From: Candidatus Thorarchaeota archaeon | Lineage (GTDB): Archaea > Asgardarchaeota > Thorarchaeia > Thorarchaeales > Thorarchaeaceae | Assembly (NCBI GenBank): GCA_048882045.1 | Contig: JBHLRZ010000002.1 | Location: 64,001 to 128,000 of the forward strand | Reading direction: 5' to 3' | Length of the DNA: 64,000 nt | Part shown: piece after piece, positions 28,653-37,425 of the stretch | Numbering within the stretch: position 1 is the first letter of the stretch | How the letters are laid out: every line of letters begins with the position of its first letter | Program-made: the position numbers and the translations under genes | The notes under the pieces: model-generated | Told to the model about the DNA's origin: nothing | The model's input: only the letters and a program-made list of their open reading frames with translations | Database searches by the model: none

Positions 28653-28799
28653 ATGGATACTATGGCCGAAGTGTTATGCACCCGATGTGGATTCAATGAG
28701 GTCGCCCTTGTCAAGAAAGAGATGTTTGGAGGCGGCAAATACAGGAAGATATGGCGCTGTCCACGTTGTAGCCACTCTTGGGAAACCATCGAGGACTAG
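28653..28799 (+). CDS. 48-aa zinc-ribbon microprotein (TFIIS C-terminal-like), not in ORF track
   Basis: MDTMAEVLCTRCGFNEVALVKKEMFGGGKYRKIWRCPRCSHSWETIED; AAGGAGG SD at 28641-28647. Confidence 0.75.
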   Translation: MDTMAEVLCTRCGFNEVALVKKEMFGGGKYRKIWRCPRCSHSWETIED

Positions 28800-28871
28800 T
28801 TATCAGAACTCCGAGTTTGTTAGAATCATTTAGTTTCGACTTCACACAGTCTAGATCTGAAACATACTATC

Positions 28872-29705
28872 TTACAATTTGTCTTCAGCCGAAGATATTG
28901 CACGTCTAGTATTAATCAGCATGTTGTACGTGCGTTTGAGAGCCTTTTCCGGATCAAAGAGCCACAATTTCTTTGCCAACATCCATTTGGTCTTCACTTC
29001 TCGATAACCACGTGACAATACTGTGTAATTCTTCTTCAGTTGTCTAATCTTCGTGTTAGAGCTCTTCAAGTGCTCACGAAGTGTCTGGATTCTCTCTTCT
29101 ATTGTTTTCAGGTCTCTTACAAAAGTACGTTGTACTGCATCTTCGATTTTGTCAGCTCCATTCAGGTTTGATATTCTAAGGCGCGACCAACGCAAGGCAT
29201 CTCCACCATTCATACGAACAAGTCTTGCGAATTCAGCCGAATCAATCAATACTTTTTCATCATCAGAACCAATTATTCGTCTACGTTCTTTTGATCTGAG
29301 AAGTGGGAATAGAATCACTCCTGGTCTGAGTCTTATTCCAGTGGATTTTCGAATGAGTCTTTCTACGTATTTCTTCTGCTGTGTTGTTGGATCTTTATAA
29401 CTAAACGAAACCAACGTGTAGACTCGATCGGAGTATGCATTTTTTGATTGCTCACGAATCGTAGGTATCTCTCGGGTTTTAGAAAAGGAAATGACTGAGT
29501 GAAACTGCAATAACATATCATGGGATTCCAAATACTCGTGAACGATGAATACTCCTCGCCGAATTCTTGTAACACCTTTCAGAGAGGTGAGTTTCTTTGA
29601 AATACCTTTCAAACCATCAGGTGAACCAAGTAAAACCACTATTCTAGAAGAACTCTTGAGTTCGGGAGCAATTGAAAATGCTTCATCCGCGCTGATTTCG
29701 GTCAT
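28872..29705 (-). CDS. Hypothetical basic protein, ChrB-N/PaaX-like ferredoxin fold plus coiled coil (tentative)
   Basis: 'YTLVSFSY...RLIRKSTGIRLRPGVILFP...LVRMNGGDA' pattern. Confidence 0.45.
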   Translation of the reverse strand: MTEISADEAFSIAPELKSSSRIVVLLGSPDGLKGISKKLTSLKGVTRIRRGVFIVHEYLESHDMLLQFHSVISFSKTREIPTIREQSKNAYSDRVYTLVSFSYKDPTTQQKKYVERLIRKSTGIRLRPGVILFPLLRSKERRRIIGSDDEKVLIDSAEFARLVRMNGGDALRWSRLRISNLNGADKIEDAVQRTFVRDLKTIEERIQTLREHLKSSNTKIRQLKKNYTVLSRGYREVKTKWMLAKKLWLFDPEKALKRTYNMLINTRRAISSAEDKL

Positions 29706-29960
29706 CTTGCACTATTTGAAAGAGTTTTGACTATCATCCAATTCCCTTGGTGACACAAATGGGCGACTACAATAAGCGTTAATATCTTTGTCTACTACAT
29801 CATAGAACCTATAGATTATAAAATAGTTTAGATATCATCCATTTGTCAATATAAGAGTTTTAGATGTCTATTTTTTCTTTTTAAAGGATTATGAACAATC
29901 AATAAATCCCTAGACGAATTTTACTAATGATATGCATGATATCACTCTGAGGTGTAAATC

Positions 29961-30059
29961 ATGCACTTCGAATACGAATATGTTGAACCAGAAGATGAAG
30001 AAGAAGATTGGGACGACAACGACGACTGGGAAGACGACGACGACGACGACGACTGGTAG
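29961..30059 (+). CDS. 32-aa acidic Trp-repeat micropeptide, not in ORF track
   Basis: MHFEYEYVEPEDEEEDWDDNDDWEDDDDDDDW; GAGGTG SD 6 nt before ATG. Confidence 0.7.
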   Translation: MHFEYEYVEPEDEEEDWDDNDDWEDDDDDDDW

Positions 30060-30123
30060 TCATGAATCATCAAGTCAGTTCCAATTTAACTTCTCAATAT
30101 AACTAAACCTAGATGTGAATACT

Positions 30124-30189
30124 ATGGCAAAGAAGAAACCAGCAAAGAAAACCAAAGCAGAACCAGCAACTAAGAAAAAGAAGAAGTAA
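30124..30189 (+). CDS. 21-aa Lys-rich micropeptide, not in ORF track
   Basis: MAKKKPAKKTKAEPATKKKKK; mixed AAG/AAA codons; followed by a terminator. Confidence 0.65.
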   Translation: MAKKKPAKKTKAEPATKKKKK

Positions 30190-30197
30190 CACAATGA

Positions 30198-30236
30198 AAC
30201 CAGGACTCAATTGGTAGTCCTGGTTCCTTCTTTTTT
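30198..30236 (+). terminator. Hairpin plus T-tract terminator of the micropeptide unit
   Basis: AACCAGGACT-8nt-AGTCCTGGTT followed by CCTTCTTTTTT. Confidence 0.75.
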
Positions 30237-30298
30237 CATTTTGCCATAATAATGGGCGCAACCGTTATATCCGGTCTGATTTTCAAACTCCTGCACAT

Positions 30299-30386
30299 GC
30301 GGAGGTTGCCAAGCCAGGTCAAAGGCGCGAGGTTTAGGTCCTCGTCTTGTAGGAGTTCGCGAGTTCGAATCTCGCCCTCCGCACCA
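30299..30386 (+). tRNA. tRNA-Leu(TAG), CCA encoded
   Basis: GCGGAGG/CCTCCGC acceptor stem, CGAGG-TTTAGGT-CCTCG anticodon arm, long variable arm, TTCGAAT T loop. Confidence 0.97.
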
Positions 30387-30983
30387 CTTCTTCTAGTTTA
30401 GTGATCTTAGGCATAGTATCGTTGTACAAGTATACTGAATTCTCTACCAAGTAATGATGTGGTTGCATTTTGCCCAATAAGTGCATTGAGAATGGTGAAC
30501 GGTTCGCTATCATGGGAATCAAAACAAATTCTTACCCAAAAACTAAGTAGATCCTCTTGAATATTGATAAGATAGAGGTGGTGCTCTTCATCGTCTGAAG
30601 GTTGTACTTTAAGGACAATTCCCAGTAATTTATCTACTTGCTCTTCTGCATTCTGTTGTGACCTGTAGAAATCCAGATACATAGAGAATTCTTCTTCCAG
30701 CGGTGATATCCACACTGTAAGAGAATGAGATAACTCGTACTCAGTATCAGTGTTATTACTAAAATTGTGTACAATAATAACAGCTGGTAACACAACGAAA
30801 ATGATGATAATCAATGCAACAGGTCTTCTATTCTGATGTAACCAATCACCTTTTACAGGTGGTTCCTCCATTGTTTCCCACCACTTAGGATAGGATAAGA
30901 TTCTTCTTACGTTTTTCCATAATTCTAGTTCTTTTCTGAATCAGGAATATCAGAAACGAGTTCGAATCTCGCCCTCCGCACCA
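30360..30983. mobile_element. Minimal tRNA-Leu-integrated island: 27-bp att duplication (30360-30386 / 30957-30983) around 570 bp
   Basis: Exact repeat CGAGTTCGAATCTCGCCCTCCGCACCA; no integrase inside. Confidence 0.85.
30407..30871 (-). CDS. Hypothetical protein with N-terminal membrane anchor (island cargo)
   Basis: RRPVALIIIIFVVLPAVIIV TM segment; AT-rich. Confidence 0.7.
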   Translation of the reverse strand: MEEPPVKGDWLHQNRRPVALIIIIFVVLPAVIIVHNFSNNTDTEYELSHSLTVWISPLEEEFSMYLDFYRSQQNAEEQVDKLLGIVLKVQPSDDEEHHLYLINIQEDLLSFWVRICFDSHDSEPFTILNALIGQNATTSLLGREFSILVQRYYA

Positions 30984-31036
30984 TATTTTCAGCAATCCTC
31001 ATTATCTGGTTAGTTCTCACCCACATTGGGATTGTC

Positions 31037-31378
31037 ATGAAATACATGTTTCTAGCAACCGACGATAACAAGATGCAGCTGTATCATCTTCTCCTTAATG
31101 CAGTCAATTTCCATGAGAATGGACACGAAGTCGTAACAGTTCTTGAATGCGCTTCTCCGAAACTTCTGATTGGAATTGCTGAAGGATCCATCAAGCTCCC
31201 AATTTTTGACCAAGCCATGGAGTTGGGAATCATCGACCACGCTTGCAGGGCCTGTACGGCCAATTTCTCAGCCACCGAGGCTGCAGAGAAACTCGGAGTC
31301 CCGCTCAAGGGCGAGCTAAAGGGACATAGTGATCTGTTGAAGTTCATGGAGTCAGGATACTCTATCCTCACATTCTGA
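31037..31378 (+). CDS. DsrE/F-like protein
   Basis: HLLLNA...GHEV..VLE, ACRAC, GHSDL..FMESGYSILTF. Confidence 0.8.
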   Translation: MKYMFLATDDNKMQLYHLLLNAVNFHENGHEVVTVLECASPKLLIGIAEGSIKLPIFDQAMELGIIDHACRACTANFSATEAAEKLGVPLKGELKGHSDLLKFMESGYSILTF

Positions 31379-31393
31379 TATAACACTCCACAC

Positions 31394-32023
31394 TCACAAG
31401 TTTTGCGCATGAATCTTTGCTGCTGCTGCTTCATCATGTTTTCCCTGGGCGCTCAATGCCATTCCTAGCAAATCCCAAGCTTCTGGCATATGGGGTGCCA
31501 CTTCAGTCAGTTTCCTAAATGCCTTTTCTGAATTCTCAGCCTGTCCACTTCTTAGAAAGATAATTCCCAGAACTATCCACCCCTCGAAGAAGTTGGGATT
31601 TAGTTCGATACTCTTCAGCGCGGCCTCCTCTGCCTCTTTATCCCTTCCCTGTCCCATTAGAATCGTACCCAAGCCACTCCATGATGTAAAATCCTTTGGA
31701 TTGAGCTCTAGCGCCTTCCGGAAATACGACTCTGCTTCAGTGAATGCTTCCTTAGCTTTCAAAACACACCCCATAAGATTCCAGTTATGTGAAAACTTGT
31801 CATTCAACTCGAGAGCTTTTCGTGCTGAAACTTCTGCATCAGCGAGTTTGTTCAGAGCTAGTTGACATCTCCCTAGTGACATCCAGTTTGTCCAATTATC
31901 AGGCTCGATTTCAACTAGTTTCTTGGTAACCGCCTCAGCCTCTGCCATTCTTCCCTCCTGTATCAACCTCAGACTCTCTTCAAATAGATCAAATCGCTCA
32001 TTAGAATCCATCTTGCATCTCAC
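31394..32023 (-). CDS. Tetratricopeptide-repeat protein
   Basis: About 5 34-aa repeats W..LG......A......ALELNP. Confidence 0.92.
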   Translation of the reverse strand: MRCKMDSNERFDLFEESLRLIQEGRMAEAEAVTKKLVEIEPDNWTNWMSLGRCQLALNKLADAEVSARKALELNDKFSHNWNLMGCVLKAKEAFTEAESYFRKALELNPKDFTSWSGLGTILMGQGRDKEAEEAALKSIELNPNFFEGWIVLGIIFLRSGQAENSEKAFRKLTEVAPHMPEAWDLLGMALSAQGKHDEAAAAKIHAQNL

Positions 32024-32078
32024 CTTTCCCGATTCTCAATAGGGGGATAATCAGCTCTATTTCAATGATTAGGCTTGA

Positions 32079-32696
32079 TTGACGGTAAGATTAAATCCCA
32101 AACATTCTGAAGGCCTAATAGGCCGGGGTCTCCTAGTGGCTATGGAGGCGGTCTCGAAAACCGCTGTCTTCGGACCCATGAGTTCAAAGATTTTCACATT
32201 TTGTGAAATCGAACAAGTCTCATCCCCGGCGCCATTTCTCTCATTCAGTAAATCGAACTTATCTCATCCGAAGCTCGGAAATTACGAGGTACAGGATTAT
32301 TTCATTCCAAGAGTACCATGTCTTAGGAAAATGTGTAGGGACAATGCCACGTCAACCCGACCTGATCCTGAGGGCCTACAGTTTCTTCTTGGGAAAACCC
32401 TGGTAGGCTGGGAGGAAATCAGGCAAGCTCTGGAGTTTGTTGAAGAGCATCGCAAGCTTGGAACACACAACCATCTAAGAATAGAGGTGTACGAATATAG
32501 TGAGAGTTCGAATCTAAGAGTAACATTCAGAACTGTTTCAGAACTTGACGAATATCTTCAGTCCCGTTTCAGAGAACTGCTTCTGAAGGGTATTGGGGAT
32601 TCACTCAAGTTGGAAGATCTTCAGAAGGCATCTGATGAGGTCTATGCAAGGTTCAACGAAATGAACGATGTTCATGGGCTTGTCCTCTTGAACTAA
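32079..32696 (+). CDS. Hypothetical protein (start uncertain, possibly 32142 or 32178)
   Basis: Only long ORF in the interval; no motif recognised. Confidence 0.5.
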   Translation: MTVRLNPKHSEGLIGRGLLVAMEAVSKTAVFGPMSSKIFTFCEIEQVSSPAPFLSFSKSNLSHPKLGNYEVQDYFIPRVPCLRKMCRDNATSTRPDPEGLQFLLGKTLVGWEEIRQALEFVEEHRKLGTHNHLRIEVYEYSESSNLRVTFRTVSELDEYLQSRFRELLLKGIGDSLKLEDLQKASDEVYARFNEMNDVHGLVLLN

Positions 32697-32706
32697 ATGA
32701 AACCTA

Positions 32707-32788
32707 GGCGAACACACGGGCTAGTTTTTCGTTGCATGCCCTCATTGTACGAAACTCCCCCCTCCTACCACGACCCTGTGTGTTCACC
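32707..32788 (-). ncRNA. Candidate structured RNA element just downstream of elp3
   Basis: 11-bp closing stem GGTGAACACAC/GTGTGTTCGCC with a G-U pair favouring the minus strand. Confidence 0.35.
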
Positions 32789-32797
32789 ACCTTCTTC

Positions 32798-34411
32798 TTA
32801 TTGCAAATCCTTGACAAGAAATGGACCAAGGTCTACAAAGCCAAGGTTACGATAGTATTCCTTCACACCGATTCCACTGTTTACCAATATCCGACTCACT
32901 CCCAGTTCATCACGACTAATTCGTTCAGCGTCAGAGATGAGTTTCTCTCCCAAACCCAAGTGTTGCCATGCTTGTGGGTCTCTCTCTCCAATCTCAACAA
33001 CAGGCCCATAGACCCTCAGTTCACGAATCAATGAACATGGTAGTTCAGAGATTTCAGGTCGATGAGCATCATCACTGGGGAATCTCAGGCGAAGGAATGC
33101 TAGAATCACATCTAGCTCAGGGATTTCATATGAGAGAAAAAATTCCTTACCGTCGGATGCGGCGTAATCTCTGCGGACGAGTTGAATATCATCGACATCC
33201 ACTCTCTGTTTTGACCGCATGGTGAAGTGACCTATTTCTCTGAATCTGATTGTCGGATTTCTCAATCCATCAGATTGCATTTTCCTATGAACAAGTTCAC
33301 GGAGGTTTCCAACGTCGAGACCAGCTTCAATCTGATGGAGAGGTATGTCGCGCTGCATTCGTTGTATGCGTACATACTCAGGCATCCTATTCACTGCCCT
33401 AGAAACCAAATCAACCACTTGATCTGATGTGTAGGGTTTGTATTCACCAGCCAACCACCAGTCGTATAGTTTCGTGTTCTTGACAACAATCGTTGGGTAT
33501 ATCTTCAGCATATCAGGTTGGAATCGAGGATCAGAGAACAGTAGGTCGAAGGTCTTCATATCACTCTCAAGGTCTGATCCAGGCAAGCCTGGCATTATGT
33601 GATAACAGACCTTGAGACCGCTGTCACGGAGCATCTTTGAAGCTACGGAAGTTTCGATGACTCCATGACCCCGCTCCACTCTCTGTAAAACGCTGTCGGA
33701 GAGAGTCTGGACACCAATCTCCACACGCGTAGCACCCATATCGAGCATGCTGTCAATGCTCACATGAGTCACCCAGTCTGGACGGGTTTCGAACGTGAGT
33801 CCGACATTACGCACCTCGGCTGTTTCATTCCTCTTTTTGGCCTGATTGAGGTCTGTACTAGTAGACCTGTTCATGGCATCTAAACAGCCTTTCACAAAGA
33901 ATCTTTGATACTCAGGGGGTTTGGAACACCAATCTCCTCCCATCACAATCAGTTCGACTTTGTTGATACTGTGTCCAATTGTAGCCAGCTGAGTGAGGCG
34001 ACCCTCGACCTGCCGATACGGGTCGAAGTTGTTCTGAATACCTCTCATGGTTGCTGGTTCGTGACCAGTGTAGCTCTGAGGAACACCAAGCTCTGGACCC
34101 CCGGGGCAGTATGCACACTTTCCATGAGGACATTCATGAGGAGTAGTCATGGTTGCGACAACTGCAACACCTGAAACTGTTCGTACTGGACGTTTCTGAA
34201 GGAACGGTCTGAGAATGTCAGCCTCTTCAGGAATTGTAGCCTGAAGAATGTCGGCGTTTGTAGGTGTCTGTGAACGTTTGTATTTCGCACAAACTCTGTT
34301 CTTTATCCGATTGACGACTTTGCGATTGAGAGGTTCATCTGAACTGAGTAGTGCATCTACTATCTCCCGATGAACTTTGTAGTCGTCATCTTGCATGAAT
34401 GTGTCTATCAA
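32798..34411 (-). CDS. elp3: Elp3 tRNA U34 acetyltransferase (radical SAM plus KAT)
   Basis: RTVSGVAVVA, CPHGKCAYCPGG, ETRPD, KIYPT, RELRVYG, QHLGLG. Confidence 0.97.
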   Translation of the reverse strand: MIDTFMQDDDYKVHREIVDALLSSDEPLNRKVVNRIKNRVCAKYKRSQTPTNADILQATIPEEADILRPFLQKRPVRTVSGVAVVATMTTPHECPHGKCAYCPGGPELGVPQSYTGHEPATMRGIQNNFDPYRQVEGRLTQLATIGHSINKVELIVMGGDWCSKPPEYQRFFVKGCLDAMNRSTSTDLNQAKKRNETAEVRNVGLTFETRPDWVTHVSIDSMLDMGATRVEIGVQTLSDSVLQRVERGHGVIETSVASKMLRDSGLKVCYHIMPGLPGSDLESDMKTFDLLFSDPRFQPDMLKIYPTIVVKNTKLYDWWLAGEYKPYTSDQVVDLVSRAVNRMPEYVRIQRMQRDIPLHQIEAGLDVGNLRELVHRKMQSDGLRNPTIRFREIGHFTMRSKQRVDVDDIQLVRRDYAASDGKEFFLSYEIPELDVILAFLRLRFPSDDAHRPEISELPCSLIRELRVYGPVVEIGERDPQAWQHLGLGEKLISDAERISRDELGVSRILVNSGIGVKEYYRNLGFVDLGPFLVKDLQ

Positions 34412-34441
34412 GCTTTTCAGATTAATAGACTGTGGTGTGGG

Positions 34442-35014
34442 TCACTTCTTGGGAATAGTACTCATTTCATCCAAGGTCGGTTTATTGAGAGTCGAAATCT
34501 CCTCTTCTGAGCCGACATAGACTCCGTGAACCTCAATTCCAAAGCGTTTGCAGACGTCCTGTAGTGTAGAAACAGCAGTCTTTGTCCAACCAGAAACATC
34601 GAGCTCTCCCGGAACTGCTACTTCTCTCACCATTATACTAAATGGCTTGACATGATCTGCAGTCAGTACTCTCGCAACCATTGATAGGACGAGTCTTCTC
34701 TCTTCATTGAGAGACTGTGCATATACTATTATCAGCCTGTCTACAGCCTCAGGAGTTCCTAGGGCAACAAGTGTACTGATAGCTGTTAACCACTCTTCAT
34801 AATCATCTGTACTCAACAACACTTCGCAGTAGTCCATCAGTTGAGGGTCTCGCCGTCGAGCAAGCTCTTGAAGGGCTGGTTTCCTTAGAACAAGATGTAC
34901 GGTTTCATCATTGACCAGATTCCACAGCCGCGCACTATCGACATCAACATAAAGAGGGGTGTAGTTTTCGATACGGGGAGGTGTCGACAAGAGCCGCAGC
35001 TGTGGTCGGGTCAT
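34442..35014 (-). CDS. Hypothetical HEAT-repeat-like protein
   Basis: 'AISTLVALGTPEAVDRLI' HEAT-like helices. Confidence 0.6.
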   Translation of the reverse strand: MTRPQLRLLSTPPRIENYTPLYVDVDSARLWNLVNDETVHLVLRKPALQELARRRDPQLMDYCEVLLSTDDYEEWLTAISTLVALGTPEAVDRLIIVYAQSLNEERRLVLSMVARVLTADHVKPFSIMVREVAVPGELDVSGWTKTAVSTLQDVCKRFGIEVHGVYVGSEEEISTLNKPTLDEMSTIPKK

Positions 35015-35124
35015 GTATACCGGTCTAGTTCGATGCTATTAAGGTCGTACAGGAGAGTCAATTGGATAGGTTTTTATGAGAACTTTTCAGACTCACGGTT
35101 AGAGCCCAACAAGGGGATAACAAG

Positions 35125-35286
35125 ATGCCTGGTTCACACGGTTCACTAACAAAGGCTGGAAAAGTTCGCGAGTCAACACCAAAAGTACGGGGTCGTGAAC
35201 GACACACACCAATTCCTCGCATTCGAAATAAGAGGAACTATGTCAAGAGATTTGTGCGTGGACAGACTATTGGTGTAAAGAAGTAG
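35125..35286 (+). CDS. rps30e: Ribosomal protein eS30, not in ORF track
   Basis: MPGSHGSLTKAGKVRESTPKV...RNYVKRF. Confidence 0.96.
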   Translation: MPGSHGSLTKAGKVRESTPKVRGRERHTPIPRIRNKRNYVKRFVRGQTIGVKK

Positions 35287-35318
35287 GCAGTTCTTCTTCG
35301 TTCGTAATTTTGCATTAA

Positions 35319-37025
35319 TCATGTCTGATTTAGTTGCTCTTCCACATTCCAAGGACGCCATGGTTTACGTTCTTTCTTGTTCGAATATCTCGACTCATAG
35401 CGATGGTAGGTTTCAGGTGTAATCTCTGATGCCACTGCTGGACAAAACTTCAGGATGATTGACACATCTCCAACTACCTGTCTTGCCAATGTTTCAAGAT
35501 GATTTCTTGTCAGAATTCCAGGATTAGGTTTCATGGTCTTGTAATCCTGTAGAAGATCTTCTATGACCTGCTGTTGCTCCGCAAGTTTTCTCATGTATCT
35601 CCAGATCCTAAACTCGGATCCTATCTGGCCAAACTGGTTTCGTATACTCCTACTCACTAGACCTGTCTTGAAATGGGGTGACAGAGTTGTTCGGAATACT
35701 CCCTTCGGATGTGAGATGACATCTACACTCAGTTTAGTGATAAAACGGTCTTCCAAAGGACCCACAGTAATGAGCTGTTCTGGGGCTTCTATCCCAAGAG
35801 CCTGAAGAGTCTGGTCAGAAATAGAAACATTGGACCAATCCATGTGTAATTGCTTTGCCCTCAGGACCATGGCCTGAGTGAGTGTCTTTAGACCTATGAA
35901 GGGACGTAGGAAGGACTCTGTGGTCTTCTTCTTTACAATATATTTGTCAATCTTGGATGCAGTTTCACGATAGGGTTCAATCTCAATCCATTCACTTCCT
36001 ACAGCTCCTCGTTTTACCAGCCAATAGATATGAATTCCACGAGACCCGCTGAATTTTATCGCAGGAGAAGGCCATTGCAGCTGAGTTCCAAGTTGTAGGA
36101 TTGCATCGACTAGCGTACATTGTAGGGACCAAGTAACCTCTGGACCAAGTAGAGACTGCAATAACCAACGAGAATCTAGGTCGATACAGACCTTACCAAC
36201 TTCGTTGTCTATAGTTTCACATGAACTATAGAATGCATAGAATCCATTCTCCTCAACAAGACTGATGACATCTGAGGGGGTGTTGATCGAAAGGTGCTCT
36301 TTGGAACCCTTGTTGTATAGGTATCGCCTAACTGTCTTCTCTCCCCTTTGAGCCTTGTCCGCCTTCATGTAGAATCCCCTGCACTCCTCCACAATTTGCT
36401 CTGCAACTCCAGGGGTATGAAAGTAGTCAATGGCTTCAGCACGGTTGTCCTCACGCAACCAGTGTTGCCAAGGAATCTTCCTTCCTTTTTCTTGGTGAAC
36501 TATCACATCATCAGGATTGGGAGGAATTGTAGCCCAAGTGGATAGATTTGCACTCTCAGCATACTGGAACCAGTCCGGCGTAATCATCTTGAGTAGAACT
36601 CTCAGCACCATCATCGTGGAGAGGAATGACTCACGGCAAGGTATAGACACCTCGATTGATCTGAGTAGTTGATACTGTCCCTTTCGCACTGCTGTAGTGA
36701 TTCTATGAGGCAGTGTACTGTAAGCAAAGTCCAACACATTGAACATACTAGATCTGAGGTTCGTGATAGCCCAGTCAACATCACTGAATCGTTTGTGTAT
36801 CTTTTCTGTCAGTTTCTCAACTCGGTGGTTCCATCCATAATTGGCGCTTTCCAACAACTCTTGATCAGGATAGACCAAATCAAGTGTACAACCTACATAT
36901 CCGTCAATATGATTCTGAGATGCAAAGTCAGTAAGAGCAGTTATCGCATTGTCAACTAGAGAGTCAAAGTCAATGATCCTATCGAGAAGTTTGATATCAT
37001 AAGTCCGGGTCGTTTTGTAGGTCAC
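35319..37025 (-). CDS. Archaeo-eukaryotic primase (AEP) superfamily primase-polymerase with an N-terminal extension
   Basis: Motif I CIDLD, motif II KFSGSRGIHIY, motif III SVD followed by RTTLSPHFKTGLVS (PriS-like). Confidence 0.8.
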   Translation of the reverse strand: MTYKTTRTYDIKLLDRIIDFDSLVDNAITALTDFASQNHIDGYVGCTLDLVYPDQELLESANYGWNHRVEKLTEKIHKRFSDVDWAITNLRSSMFNVLDFAYSTLPHRITTAVRKGQYQLLRSIEVSIPCRESFLSTMMVLRVLLKMITPDWFQYAESANLSTWATIPPNPDDVIVHQEKGRKIPWQHWLREDNRAEAIDYFHTPGVAEQIVEECRGFYMKADKAQRGEKTVRRYLYNKGSKEHLSINTPSDVISLVEENGFYAFYSSCETIDNEVGKVCIDLDSRWLLQSLLGPEVTWSLQCTLVDAILQLGTQLQWPSPAIKFSGSRGIHIYWLVKRGAVGSEWIEIEPYRETASKIDKYIVKKKTTESFLRPFIGLKTLTQAMVLRAKQLHMDWSNVSISDQTLQALGIEAPEQLITVGPLEDRFITKLSVDVISHPKGVFRTTLSPHFKTGLVSRSIRNQFGQIGSEFRIWRYMRKLAEQQQVIEDLLQDYKTMKPNPGILTRNHLETLARQVVGDVSIILKFCPAVASEITPETYHRYESRYSNKKERKPWRPWNVEEQLNQT

Positions 37026-37245
37026 TGAATCATCTCCAGTCTACATTTTCAGCAAATCGGAAATTCTAAGCAATTTTGGATACGGCGAGTGTCAATTTAC
37101 GCACCTGTAGTTGCAAAAACAATACTTTCGGACATGACCCTACATAGTGTAGTTGTTTGGGGTGCTTATTAGGTGTCGTTGAGCACAGTAATGGGTTTTG
37201 TAGGTCCTTTTCAATGTCAAACAATACTTGATTTTGGTGTATAAG

Positions 37246-37380
37246 ATGTGTAAAACAATAGTTCTCAAGAATGGTACACGATGGAAATCTGTCGGAGAAG
37301 CAGGAAATCATCACATCACCAATGGTGAGATGGTACTCATTTGCCCATCGTGTCACAAAGCGTATGTAGTACAAAGCTGA
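37246..37380 (+). CDS. Possible 44-aa Cys/His microprotein
   Basis: MCKTIV...LICPSCHKAYVVQS; GGTG upstream; weak. Confidence 0.3.
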   Translation: MCKTIVLKNGTRWKSVGEAGNHHITNGEMVLICPSCHKAYVVQS

Positions 37381-37425
37381 CCATCTGTCCGAATGGTAAT
37401 AAGTCGCGAAACCCCAAGATGAAAC

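Noticed and set aside
30033-30053. (GAC)7 as a simple microsatellite or slippage artefact
   Set aside because: It is in frame inside an ORF with an SD and mixed GAA/GAT/GAC acidic codons punctuated by TGG, so coding is the better explanation
2035-34411. HDAC and Elp3 acting as a writer/eraser pair on the Lys-rich peptide
   Set aside because: The genes are not co-transcribed and archaeal Elp3 is a tRNA-modifying enzyme; proximity alone is no evidence
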